Shown in pieces: positions 18,264 to 26,082 of a stretch of DNA of 64,000 nucleotides. Position numbers and translations under genes: made by a program. The notes beneath the pieces are model-generated. The model did not search any database, was not told the origin of the DNA, and saw only the letters and a program-made list of their open reading frames with translations. How positions within the stretch are numbered: position 1 is the stretch's first letter; each line of letters begins with the position of its first letter. This stretch comes from an uncultured virus (IMG/VR IMGVR_UViG_3300047499_000023) (Duplodnaviria; Heunggongvirae; Uroviricota; Caudoviricetes), in the IMG/VR virus record IMGVR_UViG_3300047499_000023. One strand, 5' to 3'.

Positions 18264-18420
18264 CGCTGCTTGCTTTTTTCGACGGTTTCGTGGATAAACA
18301 CGCACATCTTGGGAATCTCACCCCCCAAGACCCCCCGTGGTTGGAGTTGGAGTCGGAACTGGAGCTGGCAGAAGCCCCGTCCGGAGTTTCTGCCGGCTCA
18401 TTTTTCCTGGAGTTTTCAGC

Positions 18421-19116
18421 ATGGCATTCGTCAATGTCCGTGCCGATATCTCGGGAGCCCTGAGCTGCCTGGAAAGAGTCGCCTCGGAACAGGTCCCCTT
18501 CGCTCTGGCTCTCGCTCTGACGAAAACCGCTCAAGACGTGAAGGCGGATCTTCGGACGGCGATGCAATCGACGTTCGACAATCCCCGCAAGTACACGTTG
18601 AACTCGCTCTCGGTGAAGCGGGCCACCAAAGACAACCTCACTGCCACGGTGTTCGTCCGGAGCCCGAGCGTTGCCAATTCGCTGAAAGCGGAAATCGCGG
18701 GCGGCCTTCGCGATCGAGCCGTCGAGAAGGTGCTGGCCCCTGTGCTGCCACCGGGCCTCTTTGCGGTACCAGGTGACAAAGCCAAGCGCGGCGCAGATGG
18801 CAAGGTGAGTATCTCCTGGGTCTCAGGTCTCCTTGCCAAGCTGGGTGTCACGGGTCGGGTATCTGCCAAAGGCACGCGCCGTCGGAGCATGGCTGCATCG
18901 GGCACCTACTTCCTGCTGACTCAACGGGATGGCCGGCTCCCACCCGGCATCTACCAACGCACCGCACGCAATGTCTGGCCGCTGATCGTCTTCACTCGAC
19001 AGCCTTCCTATCATGCGAAGTTTGACTGGTACGGCATAGGCGCAGCGTCAGCGCATCAGCACTTCCCGCAACGCTTCAAGGAGGCGGCGGAGCGGGCGAT
19101 CTCCACGGCACGGTAG
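18421..19116 (+). CDS. conserved late protein (tail-completion gpZ-like) preceding cos
   Basis: Q+PFA.A.AL.KTA...FD.P..YT.NS...L.PGIYQR...Y..KFD; GGAG RBS. Confidence 0.7.
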   Translation: MAFVNVRADISGALSCLERVASEQVPFALALALTKTAQDVKADLRTAMQSTFDNPRKYTLNSLSVKRATKDNLTATVFVRSPSVANSLKAEIAGGLRDRAVEKVLAPVLPPGLFAVPGDKAKRGADGKVSISWVSGLLAKLGVTGRVSAKGTRRRSMAASGTYFLLTQRDGRLPPGIYQRTARNVWPLIVFTRQPSYHAKFDWYGIGAASAHQHFPQRFKEAAERAISTAR

Positions 19117-19145
19117 GGTCTAGCCGGCTCGAGGGAAAAAACGGG

Positions 19146-19190
19146 GGGTCCTTCCCCGACATCGGCGGATGCGGGTAGCTCGCGCGCGTT
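19146..19190 (+). other. putative cos region (cosQ-like GGGTCCT followed by a cosN-like segment)
   Basis: GGGTCCTTCC...GCGGGTAGCTCGCG parallels lambda GGGTCCTTTCC...GGGCGGCGACCTCGCG; intergenic; GpA-type terminase present. Confidence 0.65.
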
Positions 19191-19241
19191 CTAGCCTTAG
19201 ATGGCACAACCAAACGTCGTATTTTACTTCATCAGGATCCC

Positions 19242-20588
19242 ATGACTTATACCGGCGTGACGAACGGGGTGGCAGACGCCCAAACCGTCACCGATACGAC
19301 GCAATCCTGGGTGCCCGGGGCTCTCGTCGGGTATACCGTTCTGACCGCTCGAGGGAGCGCCACGGTCGTCGCGAACAGCGCGAGCCAGTTGACCTTGAAC
19401 GCCGCGTTCTCGGCACCCCTTCCGATCGGGTCGGCCTACACGCTGACCTCGCCCATGGCGGCAAACAGCCTGCAGTATCTGTCCCCGTCGGCGTATCGGA
19501 ACTGGAAAGCCGCGGTCGCCGGAGCTCGAGCCAACGCGGGCGACGCCCTGGTGCTGATGTTGGGCGATTCGACCATGGCCGGCTACAACGGTACCGTCGC
19601 CGGGGCCAAGGCCATTGCGCCGCCCGCTCAGACGGCGAAGCTCCTGACGGCCTACGGGCTGTCGTCGTCGGACTCCACGTCGAACTACAATTACTATTCG
19701 GGCGGGGTCTCGTTCAATTGGGACCCCAAGAACACCGCCAACACCAATTGGGGTGCCGTGCCAGGCGGGCAGGTGAACGCCTTGGGGTTCCCCGTCCAGT
19801 CGACGACGAACGCCGCGACCCTGTCCTACGCGCCGGGCCGCAGCTTCGATTCCGTCGATGTGTACTTCTACGACACCACGGGATCCGTCACCGTCGCGTT
19901 CAACGGGACCTCCACCCTGGCGACGATCACCGGGGCCGGCAGCGGCTACGTGCCCCGCAAAGTCACCGTGTCGGGCACGCTCGGTACCGCGTACACGAGC
20001 TGGACGATCACGCAGAGCGGGACCACCGGGCTCCCGATCATGGCCGTCGTGCCGCACTTCTCGACGACCTCGGCGATCAACGTCGTGAACGGTGGGCAGC
20101 CGGGCTACTCGCTCACCGACTACGCCTCGGCAGCCAATTCGTTCGATCCGCGGAACAGCGCGTTCTGGTCGGTGTTTCGGCCCAACCTCCTGTTCATCGA
20201 GTCGACGATCAACGATGCGAACAAGATCAACGGCTCGACGTACACGCAGGCGCTGTATCAGTCGAATCTGCAAGCAATCATCGCGTGCGCGCAGGCGGTC
20301 AATTGCGATGTGGTGCTCTCGACCGGACACCCGATCAACGGATCGGCGAACCCGACCTGGGCGGCGAACATCGCCTCGATCCTATCGGTGCTGTACAGCG
20401 TCTCGGCGGGGTCGAACAGCCTGATTGCGCTGTTCGATACGCTGCAGTATCACTACGTCAGCTACGGGGCCACCAACCCGACGCTCCCGTACTACGACGG
20501 GATCCATCTCTCGACCGCGGGCTATCTCGACAAGTCGGAGTTGAACGCGAGGGCCATCATGGGGCTCCTCCGCGGCAGCGTCGCCTAG
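19242..20588 (+). CDS. SGNH/GDSL hydrolase with an N-terminal virion-type module
   Basis: MLGDSTM (block I), NGGQPG (II), STIND (III), DGIH (V). Confidence 0.85.
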   Translation: MTYTGVTNGVADAQTVTDTTQSWVPGALVGYTVLTARGSATVVANSASQLTLNAAFSAPLPIGSAYTLTSPMAANSLQYLSPSAYRNWKAAVAGARANAGDALVLMLGDSTMAGYNGTVAGAKAIAPPAQTAKLLTAYGLSSSDSTSNYNYYSGGVSFNWDPKNTANTNWGAVPGGQVNALGFPVQSTTNAATLSYAPGRSFDSVDVYFYDTTGSVTVAFNGTSTLATITGAGSGYVPRKVTVSGTLGTAYTSWTITQSGTTGLPIMAVVPHFSTTSAINVVNGGQPGYSLTDYASAANSFDPRNSAFWSVFRPNLLFIESTINDANKINGSTYTQALYQSNLQAIIACAQAVNCDVVLSTGHPINGSANPTWAANIASILSVLYSVSAGSNSLIALFDTLQYHYVSYGATNPTLPYYDGIHLSTAGYLDKSELNARAIMGLLRGSVA

Positions 20589-20896
20589 GGAGTTCCGGGG
20601 TCATCGCCTAGCACGATCTGAAACGAGATCACCCGGGCGTCGATGGGGGCGTCAGGGTAGACGGATCGCGCCTCTGTCGCGTCGATAGGCTGCACCTTGA
20701 CATCGGTGATGACGCCGTAGAGTCGACGACCCGAGTACCCCCGGGAGAGCGTGACGCGCCTCCCGACCACGCAGTTGGTTTCGTTCCAGCCGCGATGGAG
20801 GAGCCGGTGCTCCCAAGTCTTCGTCCCCGCCTCGAAGGCGTCGAACCACTCGCCTCGAAGGGGGACGAAGAGATCGCCCGGGTTGTGCGGGCTCAC
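20585..20896 (-). CDS. ASCH/PUA-like domain protein
   Basis: L..EWFDAF.AG.K..EHR matches GxKxxExR; LSRGY. Confidence 0.75.
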   Translation of the reverse strand: MSPHNPGDLFVPLRGEWFDAFEAGTKTWEHRLLHRGWNETNCVVGRRVTLSRGYSGRRLYGVITDVKVQPIDATEARSVYPDAPIDARVISFQIVLGDDPGTP

Positions 20897-21054
20897 TGGC
20901 TCGTCCAGAGGGCCCATGCCACGTTGTTGATGACGGTCTCCAATTCATCGGGCAATTCGCGACGGACCGCGGCCAGGGCGTCGTCGAAGCACCGAATGGC
21001 AGGAAGTCTAGCTAACCGCGCAAGGGATGCGGCAACCTCTTCGCATTCGGTCAT
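20893..21054 (-). CDS. small hypothetical protein
   Basis: Coupled start/stop overlaps in the inverted cluster. Confidence 0.45.
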   Translation of the reverse strand: MTECEEVAASLARLARLPAIRCFDDALAAVRRELPDELETVINNVAWALWTSQ

Positions 21055-21272
21055 GTCGGCGCGCCTCCCTGCAAGTCCTGCGGCTGGATCAGATCGGGCT
21101 TGCCGTCCGAATCGTCCTTGTGGCAGTCGTTGCAGATCCACTGATCGTCGTCCCAGTCCTCGAGCACGTCGCAGTCGAAGATGCGCCCATCGGCGTCGAC
21201 GCTGAACCAGACGGAGCCCAGGATCTTGACGTTCTCGGAATTGCAATGCGGGCATCGGTAGCGGGCGCTCAT
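21051..21272 (-). CDS. small acidic Zn-ribbon protein
   Basis: CPHC.S.NV...W.....C.DC. Confidence 0.65.
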   Translation of the reverse strand: MSARYRCPHCNSENVKILGSVWFSVDADGRIFDCDVLEDWDDDQWICNDCHKDDSDGKPDLIQPQDLQGGAPT

Positions 21273-21517
21273 GATCCGGTCCCCCAGTTGTTCGCGAAGG
21301 CAAGGGCGCCGGCGTCCGTGAGCTCGATCTCGACGGACTGAACCACGTCCACGTCGCCGTAAGAGCCGTCGCATACGCCGGTGCTGGCAGCGTCGCCCAG
21401 ATCAGCGATGCGCGTTTCTCGGTCCTCTGCGGCGGCGGCTTCGGTGGCGAACCATTCGCGCGACCAGAGGCCGTGGTTGTTGTCGCAGAATTCGTAATAC
21501 CAAAGGCGGGTGTTCAT
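21269..21517 (-). CDS. small acidic hypothetical protein
   Basis: ATGA-coupled ORF MNTRLWYY. Confidence 0.6.
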   Translation of the reverse strand: MNTRLWYYEFCDNNHGLWSREWFATEAAAAEDRETRIADLGDAASTGVCDGSYGDVDVVQSVEIELTDAGALAFANNWGTGS

Positions 21518-21717
21518 GATTGCGCTCCCGGCAATTTGAATCGAACGAGCCAAGACGGCCCAAGATTGTTTCGGACCTGACGGAGCGGCGCGGTCCATTC
21601 GCCGTGGGTATCGCCCTGTTCCCAGGAGCGTTGCAATTTCTCCTTCCAGGTGCGCCCGTTGGATGAGGCGAAAGCGACGAGGGCGGCAAGCTGTTCGGCG
21701 GTGGGTTGCGGCGTCAT
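21514..21717 (-). CDS. small hypothetical protein
   Basis: EQL.AL..FA...GR.WK..L...W..G......LRQVRN.LGPSWL motif. Confidence 0.7.
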   Translation of the reverse strand: MTPQPTAEQLAALVAFASSNGRTWKEKLQRSWEQGDTHGEWTAPLRQVRNNLGPSWLVRFKLPGAQS

Positions 21718-22031
21718 GGTTGCACCCCCGCCTCGGCCAAGGCTTCGCGGACCTCGAAGATCAGCGCGCAGCGATCGATCGGACCGATCCCGACCTTGCC
21801 AGGGTTCTCGCCGTTGCCGATGAAGTCTCCCAGCCGTATAAGGGCTGGGAGGGTGGATTGCAGGGCCTCTGCCAAGCGGGGCGCGGCCGCCATGAGGCGC
21901 GCGTCCTTACGCTCCGCCTCGCTGTCGTCCTCGGGACCCCAGACGGTGGCAATGACCAGGCCGTTCTCGTCCACGATGACGTGATTGCCGTCGCCGTCTG
22001 GCGTGGCCTCCCAGCGTTCTTGGGCGCTCAT
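21714..22031 (-). CDS. hypothetical protein with ARL.AAAP motif
   Basis: W......I.....IA.V...DARLMAAAPRL.EAL. Confidence 0.7.
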   Translation of the reverse strand: MSAQERWEATPDGDGNHVIVDENGLVIATVWGPEDDSEAERKDARLMAAAPRLAEALQSTLPALIRLGDFIGNGENPGKVGIGPIDRCALIFEVREALAEAGVQP

Positions 22032-22777
22032 GCGGCCGCCTTGTCGCCCTGCATCTCTTGCAGTGAGGCGCCGGCGCGCAGCAGCGCCACTCGTGCGTTA
22101 TCGAGGACCGCATCCTCGGGGGCGGGGCGAACGCCCGCGGCGATGCAGGCGTTCAGATCGAGCAACGCGTTGAACAGATCCGCGGCCGATTCCTTCTTGA
22201 CATCGGGCGCGATCGTCGTCTTGACCCACGAGGGCAGTTCCTCGTCGTTGCGCCGCATGGGCATCAGGATCCCGGCAAAGTCGTCGCGGATCTTGAAGAC
22301 GGAGGGTGAGTCAGCGCCGTTCTGAAATACGACGCCGCCGTATCTCATGTCGAGAAGTTTCGCGGCCTTGGCGAGCCGACCGATGTATTCGTTATTGATG
22401 TGGGTCGCCTCGAGATTGACACTCCGCGGCCATACGCGATCGACATCGGGGAACTTGGCGTCGATCAGTTTGCCGCCGCGCTCGCCATCGTTGATGACGT
22501 AGGTCCCGATCGACGTGACGGTCACGGCCACCGAACCTTTCATGGCTTTGAACGCATCGCGCGGGATGATCCCTTCGCGCGGGAACGGGCCGTCCATGTC
22601 GGTCTCGGTCTTGATGCGATGCTCGGCAAGGGTCGAGCCGTCCGTCGCTATGAGCCGCACCGTTCGCGGGTCGATTGCCTTCGCGCAGATGCCGTTGAGG
22701 TAGTACCTCACGTCCTTGTCGCCGGCGAAGAGCTCGAGCGCCTTGATGGCGTTCGTGTCAACGTGAAATGTGAACAT
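22028..22777 (-). CDS. truncated DNA polymerase III beta-clamp (DnaN)-like protein
   Basis: DVRYYLNGI, LIATDG..L, IDAKFPD..RV.P, GILMPMR resemble DnaN domains II-III; GGAG RBS. Confidence 0.75.
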   Translation of the reverse strand: MFTFHVDTNAIKALELFAGDKDVRYYLNGICAKAIDPRTVRLIATDGSTLAEHRIKTETDMDGPFPREGIIPRDAFKAMKGSVAVTVTSIGTYVINDGERGGKLIDAKFPDVDRVWPRSVNLEATHINNEYIGRLAKAAKLLDMRYGGVVFQNGADSPSVFKIRDDFAGILMPMRRNDEELPSWVKTTIAPDVKKESAADLFNALLDLNACIAAGVRPAPEDAVLDNARVALLRAGASLQEMQGDKAAA

Positions 22778-22880
22778 CGTTCAGTCTCCTTGGTTGGTGG
22801 GAATCAATCGGTGAACAGGGAGGCGAGGGCGATTAGGCCCGCCCCGCAGATGAAGGCCACGGGTAACAGGTCGAACCAGC

Positions 22881-23048
22881 TCATGGCTGCCGCTCCCGGT
22901 GGACGTGCGAGCAGCTCGCGATCGCCGCCGCGTGCGCCTGGTCGTAGAAGGCGCCGTGCTCGGGGCACATGTTCTCCCGCGGCAGGGTTTCGGTGCCGCG
23001 TCTGTCAGTGACGACGACGCAGCCGCAATCGAGCTTTTGGGACTTCAT
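22881..23048 (-). CDS. small Cys/His-rich protein
   Basis: MKSQKLDCGC...CPEH; coupled overlaps. Confidence 0.5.
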   Translation of the reverse strand: MKSQKLDCGCVVVTDRRGTETLPRENMCPEHGAFYDQAHAAAIASCSHVHRERQP

Positions 23049-23272
23049 GACGCACCCGCCTTCGCGAGCGCGGGGCGCTTCGCAGCGGCCGTCCCGTATC
23101 GGGCGGCGCAGCGCAGCGTGCAGAAGTACCCGTCAAGGTCGATGTAGTGGATTGAGACCGAACGCGCGGGCACGTCCCGGGCTCCGGTCGTTGTCCTCGG
23201 GCGGCGCATGAACATGCGAAACTCGCGACCGCACTGGCTGCAATGGCGGCTATTGTTCGCTGGCTCGCTCAC
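23045..23272 (-). CDS. small zinc-finger protein
   Basis: CSQCG...GYFCTLRCA..YG. Confidence 0.65.
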   Translation of the reverse strand: MSEPANNSRHCSQCGREFRMFMRRPRTTTGARDVPARSVSIHYIDLDGYFCTLRCAARYGTAAAKRPALAKAGAS

Positions 23273-23297
23273 GTCGCACCCGCCTTCGCGAGCGCGG
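23051..23297. repeat. 23-bp exact direct repeat at gene junctions
   Basis: CGCACCCGCCTTCGCGAGCGCGG at 23051-23073 and 23275-23297. Confidence 0.9.
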
Positions 23298-23544
23298 CGC
23301 AGACGCGCGTCTGCAAGCGGAGGATATCGTCGGGGTGCATGCGGCCGGCGGCGGGCAGCAGGGCGGCCACGTCGCGCAGCACGTCGAACATCTCGGGCGC
23401 GGCCGCGAATTTCTTGGCGAGCTTGGCTGCCTCGGTTTCGTCGAAGGCGCAATTGACGTGCGCCAAAACGGCGCCGTTGTGACTGATCGAGATGACGCGG
23501 GCTAGATGGAACTTGCCCGTATCGAACGGCTGGCCCGCGTTCAT
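23269..23544 (-). CDS. hypothetical protein with AAAP motif
   Basis: AKKFAAAPEMFDVL...AALAKA. Confidence 0.65.
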   Translation of the reverse strand: MNAGQPFDTGKFHLARVISISHNGAVLAHVNCAFDETEAAKLAKKFAAAPEMFDVLRDVAALLPAAGRMHPDDILRLQTRVCAALAKAGAT

Positions 23545-23957
23545 GATTGCACCAGATCGAACAGCCGCGCGGCCCCGGTGGGCGCGAGGGGCTTCGGGTC
23601 AGGGACGCACTCGACCTTGAGCCCGCCCTCGGTCTCGCCGTCGTCGCCGCGGTCGGCCCCGAACGTCTCGCCTAGCGCGATTGCCGCGGCGAGGTAGCGG
23701 ACCAGGTCCGCGTTCTCGTCGGTGCCCGGGTACGAGACGGCGATCGCCTCAAGGGCTGCGGGCTCCCAGCAGGGGATCGCATAGTCGCATTCGAAGCCGA
23801 ACGCGAATCGGTACGCGGCGACGCGCGCGGCCTCACTGTCGCGCTTCGATGCGACGCGCAGCCGATCGTTGAGTGACTGCATCCCGATTTGATCGATGAC
23901 GTGCACCTGGGGCGGCGCCGTCTTTGAGATGCAGAGAAATTGTCCTTTGAGTGCCAT
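23541..23957 (-). CDS. hypothetical protein
   Basis: AGGAG RBS, clean ORF. Confidence 0.6.
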   Translation of the reverse strand: MALKGQFLCISKTAPPQVHVIDQIGMQSLNDRLRVASKRDSEAARVAAYRFAFGFECDYAIPCWEPAALEAIAVSYPGTDENADLVRYLAAAIALGETFGADRGDDGETEGGLKVECVPDPKPLAPTGAARLFDLVQS

Positions 23958-24038
23958 GGTGGTCGGTCTCCTGTCGTTTGTTGTCGAGCCTTGTTCCCCA
24001 ATGCGCCCTCGGTCAGAAGGCGCATCAGGGACGAGGCT

Positions 24039-25094
24039 CTAGGCCGCGACCTTCATCAGCGCGGGATCACCCGTGAGGGCGAGGGCGAGCCGCTGGGCTT
24101 TCGCCTTCACCTTCGCGCCAGACCCGAACCACGCGGACGAGAGACGTGCCGCGTACTTGCCCTCGCCCGACATGTCGAGGGCGGTGGCTTCGTGGTCGAC
24201 GTAGTACGTCGCTGCGTTGAGTAACCCGAACGCCGTGTCCTTCGCGGACTTCATGTCGGCCCCGGGGCCTTTCTTGTACGCGACGAGGAGCGATCGCAGA
24301 TTGTTCTCGGTGCGCGTCGCGATCAGCTTCTTGCCCTTCGCGTCGACCTTGCCGAAGTCAGCCTGGTCGATGTCGAGGAGATCGCAGAAGAATTGCGCCG
24401 CCTCTTCGTCGCTGACCTTGCGATCAGACAGGGCGTTCCAAATCTGAGCGGAGACCTTGTGCTGTTCTCCCAGGAGCCCGAAGGCACGCTGCAGGGCCGC
24501 GGCATCGAACTGCGCGGAATGCGACGTGCGATAGCCCGCGCGATCGGCGTCGCCGTTCACGAGCGCCATCGTGTTTGCGCAGACTTGACGCGTGACAGTC
24601 CCGACGAGATCGGTGGCGCGCGTCCCGTCAAACGAAGTCTGGAGCCGCACATAGGCGTCCATCTTGTCTTTGCCGGGCATGATGAACCCATAGTCGGGGC
24701 CGAGTTTCGCGAGACACCAGACGATGCGCCCCCCGCGCACAGCGCCGGCGGTCGAGATCGACAGGCCGTTCGTGGTCAGGAAGTCTTTGAAAAACTCCAT
24801 GATCTCGGTCGGCTGGACGATGTTGTAGCGATTGTCAGAGACAGTCCCCAACGCCGCGCCCGTGTCGTCGCGATAGATGACGGACTGATTGTCGAAGGTC
24901 TTCACTTCGCCCTTCGCCGTCGTGTAGGTGACGGGCGCCTTGCGGGCGGCGAAGTTCAATCCCGCCTTTTGCATGATCGTATTGAGATCATCGGTCGGGA
25001 GGATTTCTTGACCGAGCCCGTGCCAGATGGACGAGCGGTCGCCGGTGAACGCGAAAGCCGCGAGGCCTTTGCTGAAGTCTAGTTCGTGAGCCAT
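24039..25094 (-). CDS. DUF932 (LGT_TIGR03299-like) phage/plasmid protein
   Basis: MAHEL...WHGLG, YR.D....LG.VS...Y..VQ, TAG...GG...W.LA, SFDG, R.VC.NT, T.FGLLNA.T.Y.DH. Confidence 0.9.
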   Translation of the reverse strand: MAHELDFSKGLAAFAFTGDRSSIWHGLGQEILPTDDLNTIMQKAGLNFAARKAPVTYTTAKGEVKTFDNQSVIYRDDTGAALGTVSDNRYNIVQPTEIMEFFKDFLTTNGLSISTAGAVRGGRIVWCLAKLGPDYGFIMPGKDKMDAYVRLQTSFDGTRATDLVGTVTRQVCANTMALVNGDADRAGYRTSHSAQFDAAALQRAFGLLGEQHKVSAQIWNALSDRKVSDEEAAQFFCDLLDIDQADFGKVDAKGKKLIATRTENNLRSLLVAYKKGPGADMKSAKDTAFGLLNAATYYVDHEATALDMSGEGKYAARLSSAWFGSGAKVKAKAQRLALALTGDPALMKVAA

Positions 25095-25156
25095 TTGCAG
25101 AATCTCCTGTGCTGTTAAGTGGGCGTTTCAAAATCATCTATCGAGGCTAAATAGTA

Positions 25157-25394
25157 GGATGGCCCGCCGCGCCGGTGCCGATTTCCGCCGGGTTTAATCC
25201 GCGCAGGATCAATTACTTAGCCGGTCGCGCGGGCTAGGATGGGAGCCGCGCGGAGTCAATGGGCCCGCGATATTTTTCTTCCGTTGAGGATCAACGGATT
25301 AGCCGGTCGCGTTGTTGCGGATGGCCCGCATCTGCGGCGCTGATGCGGATGGCCCGCATCTCGCGCGCAACGATTGTTGCGGACGATTCGCATC
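25157..25394. repeat. cluster of repeated boxes in the DUF932/ParB divergent region
   Basis: TGCGGATGGCCCGCATCT at 25316 and 25344, variants at 25157 and 25378; AGGATCAA-N4-TTAGCCGGTCGCG at 25205 and 25287. Confidence 0.8.
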
Positions 25395-25488
25395 GGGTCG
25401 CATGGCACAAGGCAAACTCAACCTCCCTCGATCCTGATGCAGTCGGGTGCATGAACGTGCACAGGATCAACAAGAATTTAGGGGCGAA

Positions 25489-26082
25489 ATGGCGAAGGCA
25501 AAGACAGTGAAGGCGGCGAAGAGCCCGACGCGTCAGATTGAAATGCGCGATATCGCGGCGCTCATTCCGTACGCGCGAAACTCGCGCACGCATTCGCCCG
25601 AGCAGCTCGCGCAGATCGCCGCATCGATCAAGGAATGGGGCTTCACGTCGCCGGTGTTGATCGACGAATCGAACACCATCCTGGCGGGTCACGGCCGCAC
25701 GATGGCCGCGAAGAAACTTGGGCTGAAGGAAGTGCCGGTGATCGTCGCGCGTGGCTGGACGGACGCGCAGAAGCGCGCGTATGTCATCGCGGACAATAAA
25801 CTCGCGCTCAACGCCGGCTGGGACTCCGAGATGCTCGCCGTCGAGCTCCAGGACCTGACCGCCGGCGGCGACTTCGATGTGCTGCTCACCGGCTTCGAAG
25901 GCGACGAGCTCGCCGCGCTCCTGGGCGACATCAAAGCGAAAGATGTGGGCGGCGACAACGACCCGCCCGATGCGCTCGAGACGAAGTATCTCCTGCTGAT
26001 CGAACTGCCCGATGAGGGCGAGCAAGGGAAGCTCTTCGCCGAGATGCAGGCGCGCGGCTTGAAGGTCAAGGTGATGGATTGA
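25489..26082 (+). CDS. ParB/Srx N-terminal domain protein
   Basis: L.PY.RN.R.H..EQ..QIA.SI.E.GF..P+LID....ILAGHGR..AA..LG...ADNKL..NA.WD. Confidence 0.92.
   Translation: MAKAKTVKAAKSPTRQIEMRDIAALIPYARNSRTHSPEQLAQIAASIKEWGFTSPVLIDESNTILAGHGRTMAAKKLGLKEVPVIVARGWTDAQKRAYVIADNKLALNAGWDSEMLAVELQDLTAGGDFDVLLTGFEGDELAALLGDIKAKDVGGDNDPPDALETKYLLLIELPDEGEQGKLFAEMQARGLKVKVMD

Noticed and set aside
18341..18368. Degenerate hexamer run (TTGGAG TTGGAG TCGGAA CTGGAG CTGG) in the late leader
   Set aside because: Short and degenerate with no spacers, so not CRISPR; a role in late antitermination cannot be supported from sequence alone
25157..25394. Repeat boxes as a mini CRISPR array
   Set aside because: Spacing is irregular and too short, and no cas genes are present
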